DNA from: Candidatus Calditenuaceae archaeon HR02
GTDB taxonomy: Archaea; Thermoproteota; Nitrososphaeria_A; Caldarchaeales; Calditenuaceae
Direction: 5' to 3'
Length of the DNA stretch: 32,000 nucleotides
NCBI GenBank assembly: GCA_002898395.1
Contig: BEHE01000004.1
Span: forward strand, 1 to 32,000
This document shows, piece after piece, positions 6,203 through 16,239 of this stretch. Position 1 is the first letter of the stretch. Every line of letters starts with the position of its first letter. The position numbers were made by a program, and so were the translations under genes. Under the pieces are notes generated by a model, which saw nothing but the letters and a program-made list of their open reading frames with translations, had not been told where the DNA came from and made no database searches.

Positions 6203-7247
6203 CACCTCCTTGCAGCCCTATCTACTCGCAAAGGCCTATGCGTGGAGAGGAATGCTACTGCCGAAATCATTTATACAAGAATTGGCCGCTTCTCGAACCC
6301 TCTCAGAATTCATCGACGCCATTAAAGCAACAGTCTACTCCCAGGAGGCGCAACAGATCACTCCACCGTACAGCGCGCTAAAGGTCGAGCACGCCCTCAG
6401 AAGACGGCTGGTAAAGATTCACCATACCTTAATGACTCTTAGTAGGAAGAATCACGTGCTTAGCGCACTCTATGCCCGCTATACCGCCCGAAACTTCAAG
6501 ACCATCATCCGCGCACTCCACGCAGGGATCAAGGGTGAGGAACTTAACATGCTTATCGACCCCTACGCCGAGGAGTTGATAGGGACCAGAGATGTAATAG
6601 CGAGGGTAATGGGTTCCGAGGGCGTAGAAGAGGCTTTGTCCATGATTAGGCGCTACATGGCTGACGAGACTTTCATACCCATATTCGAGAAGGTGATGGA
6701 CCCGGTGGCAATAGAAGTTGAGATAGATAGATGGCAAGTGAATAGGTTGAGGCAGGCTCTAAGAAAGACACCAAGAGCGTGGAGGAGCGGCCTATCCTAT
6801 CTAGTAATGCCAATCTACCTCAGATTCGTATTCACCGCAATTCTGCGGGGAAAAGTGTGGGGAATGAATACGAAGGAAATCGGCAGTATGATTGAGGGTG
6901 TCTTAGACGACACCATTCGTCCTGTTGTGTCGGTAGTGATCGAGTCTAACACGGTTGAAGAGGTGAAGAAAGCCTTTTCAGTAATGCCTAAGGGCACCGT
7001 GCCATCTATCGGCGAATCTGACACGCTAACAGATATAATCCAATCACTCGAGCGAGGCTACAGGGGCATGCTTCTTACACGGGCGCGGCAATGCTTTCTC
7101 AGACCATTTGACGAGCCATCACTCGCTCTAGCTACCGTGTTTCTCATCGAGGAGGAGGTGGCCCAGCTGGTTGCTCTGGCCGCTGGGATTGAGCAGGGTG
7201 TGGGCCCTGAGGCGCTCTTGGACCGCTTGGCATCCCTAACAGCTTAG
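6171..7247 (+). CDS. atpC: A/V-type ATP synthase subunit C (homolog of eukaryotic V-ATPase subunit d)
   Basis: YLLAKAYAWRGMLLPKSFIQELAASRTLSEFIDAIKATVY aligns by eye with the YLNARVRxxxxxLL...FxxxLxxTxY N-terminus of Thermus/archaeal subunit C. The length and the C-terminal LALATVFLIEEEVAQL region also fit. The start is uncertain: ATG 6171 overlaps the previous ORF by 32 nt, and TTG 6210 is an alternative. Confidence 0.8.
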   Translation: MCSKAYYLLGDTSLQPYLLAKAYAWRGMLLPKSFIQELAASRTLSEFIDAIKATVYSQEAQQITPPYSALKVEHALRRRLVKIHHTLMTLSRKNHVLSALYARYTARNFKTIIRALHAGIKGEELNMLIDPYAEELIGTRDVIARVMGSEGVEEALSMIRRYMADETFIPIFEKVMDPVAIEVEIDRWQVNRLRQALRKTPRAWRSGLSYLVMPIYLRFVFTAILRGKVWGMNTKEIGSMIEGVLDDTIRPVVSVVIESNTVEEVKKAFSVMPKGTVPSIGESDTLTDIIQSLERGYRGMLLTRARQCFLRPFDEPSLALATVFLIEEEVAQLVALAAGIEQGVGPEALLDRLASLTA

Positions 7248-7255
7248 CATCACTG

Positions 7256-7534
7256 TCAGTAGATAATCTTGAAGCCCTTATACTCGCCCCTGTACTCCTC
7301 ATAGGTTACTTCTACCCTTTCAACACGGGCCAGCGGGGGCCCCCTCTTCATCCACTCAACCATCTCAGCAACTTTCTCCTCTGGACCCTCTATCACGGCC
7401 TCAACCCTACCATCTCTCAGGTTCCTAACCCAGCCGCGCAGACCTAACAAGTCAGCCACCCGTTTAGCATTTTGCCTGAAAAAGACTCCCTGAACAAGTC
7501 CAGAGACAAAAACATGGACTCTGACATTAGGCAT
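7256..7534 (-). CDS. acyP: Acylphosphatase
   Basis: 92 aa with [12 protein letters not shown] and [12 protein letters not shown] acylphosphatase signatures. Confidence 0.92.
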   Translation of the reverse strand: MPNVRVHVFVSGLVQGVFFRQNAKRVADLLGLRGWVRNLRDGRVEAVIEGPEEKVAEMVEWMKRGPPLARVERVEVTYEEYRGEYKGFKIIY

Positions 7535-7558
7535 GCCGATTCCCCCATCAGGTACGGC

Positions 7559-7566
7559 TATATAAT
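7559..7566. promoter_or_regulatory. tatataat box in the divergent acyP / nucleotidyltransferase intergenic region
   Basis: Lies 25-32 nt upstream of the acyP start (minus strand). For the plus-strand gene it is only 7 nt from ATG 7573, but about 25 nt from in-frame GTG 7591. Confidence 0.4.
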
Positions 7567-7572
7567 AGTTGA

Positions 7573-8298
7573 ATGGAATGTTTCAATAGTGTGGGGGTTT
7601 TAGGAGGCGGCGGTGAGGGGCTTTACACAGAGGTTATCTACGACGAGGAGAGGTGGGCTATTCTTTGGGAGAAAAGGGCGGCCGCCTTAAGGGTCATGGA
7701 GGCCCTCATGAGGGCTGGGATCGGCTCGGTAGTATATGGCAGCGTGGCGCGGGGCGATGTACACAGGTTGAGCGATGTCGAGGTCTACATACCGAGGCCG
7801 GTCAGCCCAGTCCTAGCAGAGACGATTATTGAGCGGGAGTTTGGGGGGTGGATTAGGCGTGAAGTTGTCCAAGCAACCCCCACCTACGTGCCTAAAGGCT
7901 ATATCTACATAGACGAGTTAACGGTCGTCTCCTTTCCGCTTGCAGAGGCGTTAAAGACCGAGGAGGCTTTCTACGATATAGCCGGGAAGCTCGACCTCGA
8001 AGGTGTCAGGAGAAGGAATAGGGTTACAGGAATGAATAAGGCGCTTAGAGTAATTATCCCAACCAGCTATGGCCACTCAGAATTCCCCGCCGAGAGAGAC
8101 CCAGAGCTCGCCGCGAATCTAATCGGCGTTGACCCCCTAGACCTTAGAAGGAGGATTAGCGTATTAACGCGGAGGAGGGAGCACGGTAAGACGGGTGTCT
8201 ATAGTAAAATCGTTTTAGGGGCGGGGGAAAGTTTCTCCAGCATCCTCAACCAGCTCTTAGACAGGAACCCGCGTATTAGGAGGCGGATACATGGATGA
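7573..8298 (+). CDS. Pol-beta-superfamily nucleotidyltransferase domain protein with a C-terminal extension
   Basis: [18 protein letters not shown] matches the GS-x(9-10)-DxD/E nucleotidyltransferase motif. 241 aa, about twice the size of minimal MNT-type proteins. GTG 7591 is an alternative leaderless start. The stop overlaps the pelota ATG (ATGA at 8295-8298). Confidence 0.7.
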   Translation: MECFNSVGVLGGGGEGLYTEVIYDEERWAILWEKRAAALRVMEALMRAGIGSVVYGSVARGDVHRLSDVEVYIPRPVSPVLAETIIEREFGGWIRREVVQATPTYVPKGYIYIDELTVVSFPLAEALKTEEAFYDIAGKLDLEGVRRRNRVTGMNKALRVIIPTSYGHSEFPAERDPELAANLIGVDPLDLRRRISVLTRRREHGKTGVYSKIVLGAGESFSSILNQLLDRNPRIRRRIHG

Positions 8299-9356
8299 AG
8301 CTTCTCGCAGTGGACAAGCTGAGGGGCTGGGCCAGGCTAGCTATTACTAACAACATGGATCTTGTGAACTTATATCGCCTCGTAAAACCTGGGGACGTGG
8401 TTTACCAAGAGACAAGCAGGGAGGTCAAGAAGGAGAGAGCATCAGGGGAGGTTGACAGTGAGCGTATCAGCCTCAAGGTCGGCATAACTGTCGAGAAGAA
8501 GTCAGTAGACCCACTGATGAAAAGAATCAGGTTTCAGGGAAAAATAGTCTTCACAGACAGGGACCTAAACATCCTGAAGAAATACCATACAATCCAGCTC
8601 AGTAGAGGGGATGTTATTGAGATTGAGAGTCGTGAGAGGCTTCCCTACCTTCTGAGACTTGGAGAGGAGGGTAGAGAAAGGGTGGAGGAGATGGTTGTTA
8701 TCTCAGGCGATGATGAGGAATTGGCATTGGTGAAGATAGATGTTGACGGTATTAAAGTGTTGAAGACTTGGAAGGTTGATGGAGCATTGAAGCGTCTTGT
8801 CTACAATGTGGAGATGCAGCGTGAGAAAGTGTTTGACGAGCTAGTCCATAAACTCAAGGAGCTAACCTCGAAATCTAGGCCAAAGCTGGTGCTCATGGGG
8901 ACTACTGTCCATGCAGATGTCATCGCCTCCGAGATCAGGAATCGTGACGTAGGAATTTCCAACCTAATTGTCAGAAAGATACCTGTGAGCGTTGGTGGCG
9001 TTGACGGGATCCGGGAAGCTCTCAGGCGAGGAGTTTTGGGCGAAGATCTTAAGCCCTTGGCTGACGCTATTCAAGTCGAGAGGGTGATGAGAGCTATTCT
9101 AAAGCACCCTGAACAGATTCATATTGGCTTAGAGGAGGTTGCGAGGACTTGTAGGACTTCGCGCGGAGCCCTTGTTCTCGCTACTGAGGACATTATTTGG
9201 GAGAACATGGATAATGCCCTCTTGGATGAGATTTTATCTAAGGCTGAAAAGGGAGTAATCAAGTTTAGGGCTATACTCTCGGATACAGAGGCGTCAGATA
9301 AGATAAAATCTTTGGGTGGGATAATATGTCTTGAAAAGAAAGTGCTGGAGGAGTGA
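8295..9356 (+). CDS. pelA: Pelota/Dom34 ribosome-rescue (mRNA surveillance) factor
   Basis: 353 aa. N-terminal Sm-like domain pattern (DLVNLYRLVKPGDVVYQETSREV...ERISLKVGITVEK...IRFQGKI...KYHTIQL). Central and eRF1-like C-terminal domains are of the expected length. Confidence 0.9.
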   Translation: MKLLAVDKLRGWARLAITNNMDLVNLYRLVKPGDVVYQETSREVKKERASGEVDSERISLKVGITVEKKSVDPLMKRIRFQGKIVFTDRDLNILKKYHTIQLSRGDVIEIESRERLPYLLRLGEEGRERVEEMVVISGDDEELALVKIDVDGIKVLKTWKVDGALKRLVYNVEMQREKVFDELVHKLKELTSKSRPKLVLMGTTVHADVIASEIRNRDVGISNLIVRKIPVSVGGVDGIREALRRGVLGEDLKPLADAIQVERVMRAILKHPEQIHIGLEEVARTCRTSRGALVLATEDIIWENMDNALLDEILSKAEKGVIKFRAILSDTEASDKIKSLGGIICLEKKVLEE

Positions 9357-9368
9357 TTTGTTATTAGA

Positions 9369-10535
9369 CTAGTGTTGTCTCAGCTTCTCCATTGTTAGCA
9401 CCTTAACACCTGGTTTAAACGACAAATTATCTCCAAGCCTAGCACCGATTAGGTAGACCTCCCCCCCTGTCGAAGCTGCGATATCAATGAGTCTCTGCGT
9501 GACGACCCCGTCGAATAGGACGTATTTATAGTCTCTCGATTCTGAGAGCTGCTGGGCCAGCTCGCTAACCGGTTTACGCCACAGCTCGTTGAACCCGTTG
9601 TCGAAGGCAACTGACATTAACGTCCCTTCAATCTCTCCGATATACCTTGCCAGCTTGTCTGAGAACTCTGGGGGGATAGGCTCCACCACCTGCACTGGCT
9701 CGGCCTTGATCCTCCTTAATGCCTCTGCTAGGGGCTGGGCCTCCCTCAGGGCGTCTTCGACCTCCTTTGCATTGAGTTCTTCAACCTCTCTCCCATAGGG
9801 GGCTCGAGCCACTAAGTCTATCTTTATTGACTGTGCCAGCTCTCTCAGCACCATGTCTCCTCCCCTGTCGCCATCGAGGAAGGCTATGACTTTCTTCTTC
9901 TTTGCTAGGAGGTCTTGTAGCGACGGAGGTATCTTGACACCCCCAACTGCAATTACGTTTCTATAGCCGTAGCGCATTAGGTTGATTATATCGGCCCTCC
10001 CCTCCACCACTATAACCTCTTCAGAGCTCAGCACCTCCGGCCCAGCCTCAACCTTTTCCGGTCCAATCTCAACAACCTTCGCCTTCAGCACCGACTCCTC
10101 CAGCTCCTTCAGTATCTCATCATCCTCGGGAATCTTCTTCCGCTCCCACTCATAGAGAATCGCCCTCGCCCTCTCCACTATCTTCTTCCTCTTCTCAGCG
10201 CGGAGGTCCTCGATCTTCTCAATAGTGACCTTAGCTGGGTATGGTCCAACCCTGTCCAGAGACTCTATCATCGCTGCTATCAGCGCTGTGTAGAACCTGT
10301 CAAGGCCACTGGGTATGGTGATCTTACCAATTGTCTTACCGCCTTGTACCTGTATGGAGACGTCTATACGACCTATTCGCCCCGCTCTCTGCAACTCTCT
10401 CAGGTCCAGTTCCGAGCTGAATATCCCCTCAGTCTGCCCGAAAGTTGCGCCGATGACGTCATTACGATCGACGATTCCATCAACCTCGATCTTTACCTCA
10501 ATCACATATTTAGTGGCAAGAGTTGGGGTAGCCAT
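9369..10535 (-). CDS. dnaG: Archaeal DnaG-like primase / exosome-associated Toprim protein
   Basis: KYVIEVKIEVDGIVDRNDVIGATFGQTEGI...LDLRELQRAGRIGRI is the archaeal DnaG N-terminal signature. Toprim motifs are VVEGRADIINL and LDGDRGGD. Confidence 0.93.
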   Translation of the reverse strand: MATPTLATKYVIEVKIEVDGIVDRNDVIGATFGQTEGIFSSELDLRELQRAGRIGRIDVSIQVQGGKTIGKITIPSGLDRFYTALIAAMIESLDRVGPYPAKVTIEKIEDLRAEKRKKIVERARAILYEWERKKIPEDDEILKELEESVLKAKVVEIGPEKVEAGPEVLSSEEVIVVEGRADIINLMRYGYRNVIAVGGVKIPPSLQDLLAKKKKVIAFLDGDRGGDMVLRELAQSIKIDLVARAPYGREVEELNAKEVEDALREAQPLAEALRRIKAEPVQVVEPIPPEFSDKLARYIGEIEGTLMSVAFDNGFNELWRKPVSELAQQLSESRDYKYVLFDGVVTQRLIDIAASTGGEVYLIGARLGDNLSFKPGVKVLTMEKLRQH

Positions 10536-10578
10536 GTTAATACACCCGTCTTTCTCTCTGCATGTATGTTTGGGAGTT

Positions 10579-10595
10579 GGTATTTAAATGATACC
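10579..10595. promoter_or_regulatory. Near-palindromic TATA region ggtatttaaatgatacc between divergent dnaG and nnrD
   Basis: tatttaaa at 10581-10588 is flanked by ggtat/atacc arms. It is the only TATA-like element in the 110-nt divergent spacer. Confidence 0.35.
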
Positions 10596-10645
10596 GAATA
10601 CGCAGGGTCATCATTATCTACTCGGGAGAATGGTTTTAGTGGTGA

Positions 10646-11515
10646 ATGGCCCCTCCTATCGATGAGACGAGCGCAGATTGGGTTGCGACTGTGATACCGC
10701 CTAGGAGGTCAAGCTCGCGGAAGGGGGAGAACGGCGTAGTTATTGTAGTGGGGGGGAGCCGGTTGTATCACGGTGCACCATTCCTGACAGCCATGGCCGC
10801 TATGAGGTCGGGGGTCGACCTAGTCTATCTTTTTGTACCGGAGAAGATTGCGGCGCCTATAAGAGCCCTGTCGCCAAGCCTGATCGTAAATCCTCTCACA
10901 GACGTTAAACTCACCAATAGGATTAGCGAGCAGATTATAAAGAGCTCTCCACAAGCCCACGCGGCGGCGATAGGGCCGGGCCTGTCCGTGGCTAAGGAGT
11001 CTGCACTGACAAAACTCTTGAACGGGCTCTTGAAGAAAGGCATAAGGCTCGTGCTGGACGCCTCGGCGCTTCAACCCTACATCCTCGACGCGGTAGCGGG
11101 GCAGGATGTCGTTCTCACCCCTCATGCAGGGGAGTTCGCCAGGCTCTTCGGGACTCCACCGGGAAACTCCCTAGAAGAAAGGTGCAGGGCAGCAAAGGAG
11201 ATGGCCAAGAGGCATGGTATAGTAATACTGCTGAAAGGGATGGTCGACGTCATAACGGACGGCGAGAGGCTGGTGGTGAATAGGACTGGAACCTGCGCAA
11301 TGACTGTGGGAGGAACAGGGGACGTACTTACCGGTATAGTCGCCGGCCTAGTTGCCAAGGGGGTTCCTTGTTTCGAGGCTGCATCCGCTTCAGCATATAT
11401 CAATGGACTGTGTGGAGAGATCGCTGCAACTGAGCTTGGGCTACACATTCTACCCACGGACCTCATAGAAAAGATTCCCCAGGTGATGAAGAAATTTGAC
11501 AAAATCGTCAGCTAA
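10646..11515 (+). CDS. nnrD: ADP-dependent NAD(P)H-hydrate dehydratase (YjeF C-terminal / carbohydrate kinase family)
   Basis: [36 protein letters not shown] and [14 protein letters not shown] motifs. Confidence 0.88.
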   Translation: MAPPIDETSADWVATVIPPRRSSSRKGENGVVIVVGGSRLYHGAPFLTAMAAMRSGVDLVYLFVPEKIAAPIRALSPSLIVNPLTDVKLTNRISEQIIKSSPQAHAAAIGPGLSVAKESALTKLLNGLLKKGIRLVLDASALQPYILDAVAGQDVVLTPHAGEFARLFGTPPGNSLEERCRAAKEMAKRHGIVILLKGMVDVITDGERLVVNRTGTCAMTVGGTGDVLTGIVAGLVAKGVPCFEAASASAYINGLCGEIAATELGLHILPTDLIEKIPQVMKKFDKIVS

Positions 11516-13547
11516 GCGCTTGCCTCACATTATTCTCCAGCTCCTCGAGGCTGGTTGTGGGTCGGAGGCATTTAAAGCCTCTGCAGAAGTAGTATGTGAC
11601 ACTTCCACCTACTGCCTCCTTCCCCTCCCATAGGCTCCTTAGTGTCTCTGACCGAGAGGGCGAGATGACGACGTAGGGCTCGAAGATCTTTGACGCGAGC
11701 TGGCAGAGGTGTTGCCAAGGATTATCTGTTGTGGCGACTACGAGCTGGCCTCCCGAGTTTAAAATTAATGGGATGGCTGAGATGGTTGAGATATGGCTCA
11801 GGGGGTCGTCCTGAAGCCTTTGCCAAGTTGCCTTCACTGCGTCCCGCGCGGACTGGAAAAATCTCTCATCGCCCGTTAAAAGGTAGAGCTGGGCGAGGAG
11901 CTGGACTGCCGCAGCGTATCCGCTAGGGTATGCGTGGTCCTCTATCGATACTGGTCTGATGGGTATGTCCGGAACTGGGGGCGTGTCATAGAATCCTCCA
12001 GACTGGGAGGAAAACTTTTCCAGAATATCGTCAGCGAGACTTAAGGATACGTCGAGATATTTGGTATCTCCTGTCCACTGGTATAGGTCTAGGAGACCGC
12101 ATCCCAGCAGAGCGTAATCCTCGAGGAGCCCCCGAGCCTCGGCGGGGCCATCCCTCCAGTACCTCCTCAACTCTCCATCAAAGTAGAGTTCCTTCAGGAT
12201 GAAGTCAGCGGCACCTATCGCCACATTTGACAGTGTCTGGTCTGCTGTAGCTGCCGCGGCGTAGGAAAGTCCGCTCAAGAGGATGCCGTTCCACGATGTA
12301 ATGACCTTGTCGTCCACAGCAGGTTTTTGCTTCACCCTCCTATGCTCCCCGAGTCTCTGTCTGATGTAGTCTAGGGCCTTGAAGAGATCCATGCCTAGGG
12401 CCTCTGAGAGTTTTTCGGGGATGGAGGGCAGCCTAACTACGTTCAGGCCCTTCCCAAAGTTTCCCACAGGGGTGCATCCAAGCATCCTGGCCACCTCTTC
12501 GCCCAGAGACCCTGCAACTTCATCCCAACTATACAGGTAGTATCCACCCTCAACGCCCCCGCTCTCGGCATCCAGAGCAGAGTAGAAGCCGCCGCCGGGG
12601 GACCTTAGCTCTGAGATAAGCCAGCGAGAAGTATCCCTAACAACGTATAGATATAGAGGTTTTTTAGTGACCGCCCAAGCCTCAGCATAGAGTCTAATTA
12701 GCATTCCGTTGTCGTAGAGCATCTTTTCGAAATGGGGTATTGTCCATGCCCTATCGACGGCGTATCTGTGAAATCCTCCCCCCACATGGTCATATACTCC
12801 GCCGAGGAAAATTGAGTCCAATGTCTTCTCCACCATCCTAAGGGCCATTGATACGCCCTTCAGCTTCCAGTAGCGGAGTAGGAACAGTTGGCTGGTGGGC
12901 ATCGGGAATTTTGGAGTACCCCGTATTCCGCCGAACTCTTCGTCAAAGAGTAGGACAAGCTGGTCATATGCTACGTCGATGGCATCCATGTTCATATCCG
13001 TCTCGCCTTCAGCCCGGATTGAGAGAGATCTGGAGACAAGCTCAAAGAGGCTACTACCGCTGTTCAGGACCTCTGACCTCCTCTTTTCCCACGCCTCCCT
13101 CACCGCCAAGAGCACATCCTTTAAGCTTGGAAGATTATGTCGCGGCTCCGGTGGGAAGTAGGTGCCGCCGAAGAAGGGCTTTAGGTCTGGGGTAATAAAG
13201 ACGGTAAGCGGCCAGCCTCCCTGACCCGTCATTAATATTACAGCCCTCATATAGATGGCGTCGATATCCGGCCTCTCCTCCCTATCCACCTTGACTGGCA
13301 CGAAATACTTGTTTAAGATATCGCTAATGATAGGGTTCTTAAACGACTCCCTCTGCATCACATGGCACCAGTGGCAGGAGAGATATCCAATGCTTAGGAA
13401 GATAGGTTTATCCTCCTCTCTCGCCTTCCGGAAGGCCTCTTCCCCCCATGGATACCAGTCAACCGGGTCTTCAGCGTGGAGCTGCAGATAAGGGCTCTTA
13501 CTACCTGCCAGCCTGTTGACCCTGCGCCTACCAGAATCTCCAGACAA
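11508..13547 (-). CDS. Thioredoxin-domain protein of the DUF255/YyaL (spermatogenesis-associated protein 20-like) family with a six-hairpin glycosidase-like C-domain
   Basis: [29 protein letters not shown]...[15 protein letters not shown]. 679 aa. TTG start. 8-nt convergent overlap with nnrD. Confidence 0.9.
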   Translation of the reverse strand: MSGDSGRRRVNRLAGSKSPYLQLHAEDPVDWYPWGEEAFRKAREEDKPIFLSIGYLSCHWCHVMQRESFKNPIISDILNKYFVPVKVDREERPDIDAIYMRAVILMTGQGGWPLTVFITPDLKPFFGGTYFPPEPRHNLPSLKDVLLAVREAWEKRRSEVLNSGSSLFELVSRSLSIRAEGETDMNMDAIDVAYDQLVLLFDEEFGGIRGTPKFPMPTSQLFLLRYWKLKGVSMALRMVEKTLDSIFLGGVYDHVGGGFHRYAVDRAWTIPHFEKMLYDNGMLIRLYAEAWAVTKKPLYLYVVRDTSRWLISELRSPGGGFYSALDAESGGVEGGYYLYSWDEVAGSLGEEVARMLGCTPVGNFGKGLNVVRLPSIPEKLSEALGMDLFKALDYIRQRLGEHRRVKQKPAVDDKVITSWNGILLSGLSYAAAATADQTLSNVAIGAADFILKELYFDGELRRYWRDGPAEARGLLEDYALLGCGLLDLYQWTGDTKYLDVSLSLADDILEKFSSQSGGFYDTPPVPDIPIRPVSIEDHAYPSGYAAAVQLLAQLYLLTGDERFFQSARDAVKATWQRLQDDPLSHISTISAIPLILNSGGQLVVATTDNPWQHLCQLASKIFEPYVVISPSRSETLRSLWEGKEAVGGSVTYYFCRGFKCLRPTTSLEELENNVRQALS

Positions 13548-13617
13548 TCCACTGCAGTATCTCCATCATAACTTATTAAACTCTCCAGAACTAAATACAA
13601 TTAGGTAGCATAGGTTG

Positions 13618-14163
13618 ATGGAGATAAACGGATACGTTTCAGGGATAAGGCCGAGGAGGGCGGGCAAGACATTCGTCATCGAGGTCTCCATATCTACTCT
13701 CTCAGGCGAGAGTTATGAGGCTGTGCTCCACGACCCTCCCGACTGGCTAGAGATAGGTTCTAAAATAGCATGTAAGATTGAGAAGATACCCGGCAGGCAA
13801 GGCGCAACTCTGGTGGTCTCAGAGCTGAAACCCTCTCTGTCTTTACCGGACATAGCCCAGATTGAGCTATCTGTGGAGTCTGTCAGCGAGACGCCTGATG
13901 GTAGCCTGATGGTGGAGGGGAGAAAGGAGGGTGGGGGCTTCTTCAGTTACCTTTTGAGACCTGAGAACGCTACCATTGATGTATCGGACCTTCCATGCAG
14001 GGCCATAGCTCTAAAGACACTGCAGCTGGGTGTCGACCAGGTTATAGCGATTGTACCGGTCAAAAACCTCCAGATCATGAGGAGGGCTAAAGAGTTTATA
14101 GTGCAGCTCAAGAAGGAGGAGGAGAGTAGACCAGAGTTAGAGTTCCTTCCAGGGCCCCCATAA
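13618..14163 (+). CDS. Hypothetical protein, N-terminal part possibly OB-fold-like
   Basis: 181-182 aa ORF (TTG 13615 or ATG 13618) in a tightly packed coding context with normal composition. I recognise no family motif. INGYVSGIRPRRAGKTFVIEVS...GESYEAVLHD...GSKIACKIEKIPGRQGATLVVSEL is reminiscent of OB-fold cassettes. Confidence 0.5.
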   Translation: MEINGYVSGIRPRRAGKTFVIEVSISTLSGESYEAVLHDPPDWLEIGSKIACKIEKIPGRQGATLVVSELKPSLSLPDIAQIELSVESVSETPDGSLMVEGRKEGGGFFSYLLRPENATIDVSDLPCRAIALKTLQLGVDQVIAIVPVKNLQIMRRAKEFIVQLKKEEESRPELEFLPGPP

Positions 14164-14216
14164 CAGACATTTGATGAATTGATAGGTTTTAGTAATACTA
14201 AGGAGATAGTCCCCGC

Positions 14217-14540
14217 GTGTTAGTGCGAGTATGTAGCTTGAAAGAGGTCCCGGAGGGCGAGATGATAAGGGTGGACCTTGGGGGTAAGGAGGTTTTAGTG
14301 GCTAGGGTAGGAGAGAGGGTTTACGTGACTGATGTCTGGTGCACGCATGAGGAGGGCGACCTCAGCTTGGGACTCCTAGAGGGTGACGTTGTTAGGTGTC
14401 CACTTCACGGAGCTAGGTTTAGGATTGCCGACGGCTCGGTGGTTGAAGGGCCGGAGGGGGAGCCGCCAGAGGCCATACCCAGTCTCAAAACCTACAGAGT
14501 AAAAGTACTGGGAGATGAAGTCTATATTGAGGAGGAGTGA
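14217..14540 (+). CDS. Small Rieske [2Fe-2S] ferredoxin-type protein
   Basis: CTHEEGDL...CPLHGARF gives the CxH-x(15-17)-CxxH Rieske ligands. 107 aa. GTG start. Confidence 0.8.
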   Translation: MLVRVCSLKEVPEGEMIRVDLGGKEVLVARVGERVYVTDVWCTHEEGDLSLGLLEGDVVRCPLHGARFRIADGSVVEGPEGEPPEAIPSLKTYRVKVLGDEVYIEEE

Positions 14541-14588
14541 AGCTCGTAACTCGCTCTAAATATGAAGCATGCCGGGCCAAGGAAAAGC

Positions 14589-14596
14589 TATAATAA
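14589..14596 (+). promoter_or_regulatory. TATA box (tataataa) for pyrG
   Basis: Centred about 25 nt upstream of GTG 14617. This supports a leaderless start at [10 protein letters not shown] rather than the upstream ATG 14569. Confidence 0.4.
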
Positions 14597-14616
14597 CAGC
14601 AAACTCTATTTTCTAT

Positions 14617-16239
14617 GTGCCGAAATACATCTTCGTCACGGGGGGCGTCATATCCTCCGTCGGGAAAGGAACGGTCGCAGCTTCCATCGGGAAGATACTC
14701 CAGTCCCGTGGATATAGTGTGGATTTTCTGAAGATAGATCCCTATGTTAACGTAGATGCTGGGACGCTGAACCCCTACAGTCACGGAGAAGTCTTCGTGA
14801 CAGATGATGGCGGCGAGACAGACTTAGACCTTGGGTGGTATGAGAGATTCCTCGATGTTCCCATGAGTAAGTTAAACAACCTTACCACTGGACAGGTTTT
14901 CCAGGAGGTAATTCGTAGGGAGCGTGCCGGTGAGTACCTTGGCCAGTGTGTACAGATTGTTACTCACGTAACAGATGAGATTAAGCGGAGAGTAAGACTG
15001 GTCGCCGAGAGGAGGGGGGCTGATATAATAATAGTGGAGATTGGTGGGACTGTTGGGGACATCGAGGCTCAGCCGTTTTACGAGGCCGCCAGGCAGATGA
15101 AACTGGAGGAAGAGACACTCTTTGTGCATGTCTCGCTCGTCATATACCTCGAGACTACTGGCGAATTTAAAACCAAAGCGCTCCAGCACAGTGTAAACGA
15201 GCTAAGGAGAGCAGGTATTCAACCCGACATAATAGTGGCTAGAAGTCAGAGGGTCATAGATGAGGCTACTAGAAGGAAGATCGCGCTCTTCGGCACCCTC
15301 CCCAAGGAAGCAGTATTTTGCTCATATGACACCGATGTAATTTATGAAGTGCCTCTCATATTAGACCAACAGGGGCTAGGAGATTTTATTGTAAAACACC
15401 TCTCCTTGAGGAGTGTTGAGCCTGATCTGGCCGAGTGGCGCAGGATAGTTGAGAGCTTCAAGTCAACTGGGCCACTAGTGAAGATAGCAGTATGCGGCAA
15501 ATACACGGCTCTGACTGACTCATACATCAGCATCAAGGAGGCCCTCAAACATGCGTCTGCCTACCATAATGCGAAGCTGGAGATCCTCTGGGTTGATGCT
15601 GAGAAGGTTGAGCGCGATAGCATCGAGGAGATCTCCAAGCTCGAAGAGGCGCATGGAATACTTGTGCCTGGAGGTTTCGGTAGGCGCGGGTCTGAGGGCA
15701 AGATAATTGCGATAAACCTAGCTAGGAGTCAGGATAAGCCATTCCTAGGGATTTGTTTTGGCCTACAGATGGCCGTTGTCGAGTTCGCTAGAAACGTGTT
15801 AGGGCTGAAGGGAGCCAATTCGACAGAGCATGATCAAGATACGCCGCACCCTGTTATCGACCTCATGCCCGAGCAGCGCCAAACGGAGCAGAAGGGTGGG
15901 ACCATGCGCCTCGGCGCACTTCCAGTAGTCATCAAGAAGGGGACGCTGGCATACAAGCTATATGAGTCGGAGCTAATATATCAAAGGCATCGGCACAGAT
16001 ACGAGGTAAATCCCGCATATCACCAGAAACTAACAGAGGCTGGGCTCGTATTCTCCGGTCTCTCCCCAGACAATAAGCGGGTCGAAATAATAGAAATCCC
16101 TCATAAGAAATACTTTTTGGCCACGCAGTACCATCCAGAGTTTAAATCGCGTCCAGGGAAACCGGAGCCTGTTTTCCGTGGACTGATCGCCGCGGCGCTG
16201 GCTGAGGTTAAAATTAGGGACGTGCAAGTCAAGGTTTAA
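14617..16239 (+). CDS. pyrG: CTP synthase
   Basis: [16 protein letters not shown], glutaminase GICFGLQ and HRHRYEVN motifs. GTG 14617 gives the canonical [10 protein letters not shown] N-terminus. The ORF track start at 14569 is the upstream alternative. Confidence 0.96.
   Translation: MPKYIFVTGGVISSVGKGTVAASIGKILQSRGYSVDFLKIDPYVNVDAGTLNPYSHGEVFVTDDGGETDLDLGWYERFLDVPMSKLNNLTTGQVFQEVIRRERAGEYLGQCVQIVTHVTDEIKRRVRLVAERRGADIIIVEIGGTVGDIEAQPFYEAARQMKLEEETLFVHVSLVIYLETTGEFKTKALQHSVNELRRAGIQPDIIVARSQRVIDEATRRKIALFGTLPKEAVFCSYDTDVIYEVPLILDQQGLGDFIVKHLSLRSVEPDLAEWRRIVESFKSTGPLVKIAVCGKYTALTDSYISIKEALKHASAYHNAKLEILWVDAEKVERDSIEEISKLEEAHGILVPGGFGRRGSEGKIIAINLARSQDKPFLGICFGLQMAVVEFARNVLGLKGANSTEHDQDTPHPVIDLMPEQRQTEQKGGTMRLGALPVVIKKGTLAYKLYESELIYQRHRHRYEVNPAYHQKLTEAGLVFSGLSPDNKRVEIIEIPHKKYFLATQYHPEFKSRPGKPEPVFRGLIAAALAEVKIRDVQVKV

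Noticed and set aside
5848-6270. 140-aa minus-strand ORF opposite the ATPase H-like gene
   Set aside because: Its Ser/Leu/Ala-rich sequence is the expected antisense shadow of a Glu/Ala/Arg-rich coiled-coil gene. It would also run across the divergent promoter region.
14164-14216. tgatga (C-box-like) in the spacer before the Rieske gene as a C/D box sRNA
   Set aside because: No matching D box (ctga) or terminal stem within the spacer.
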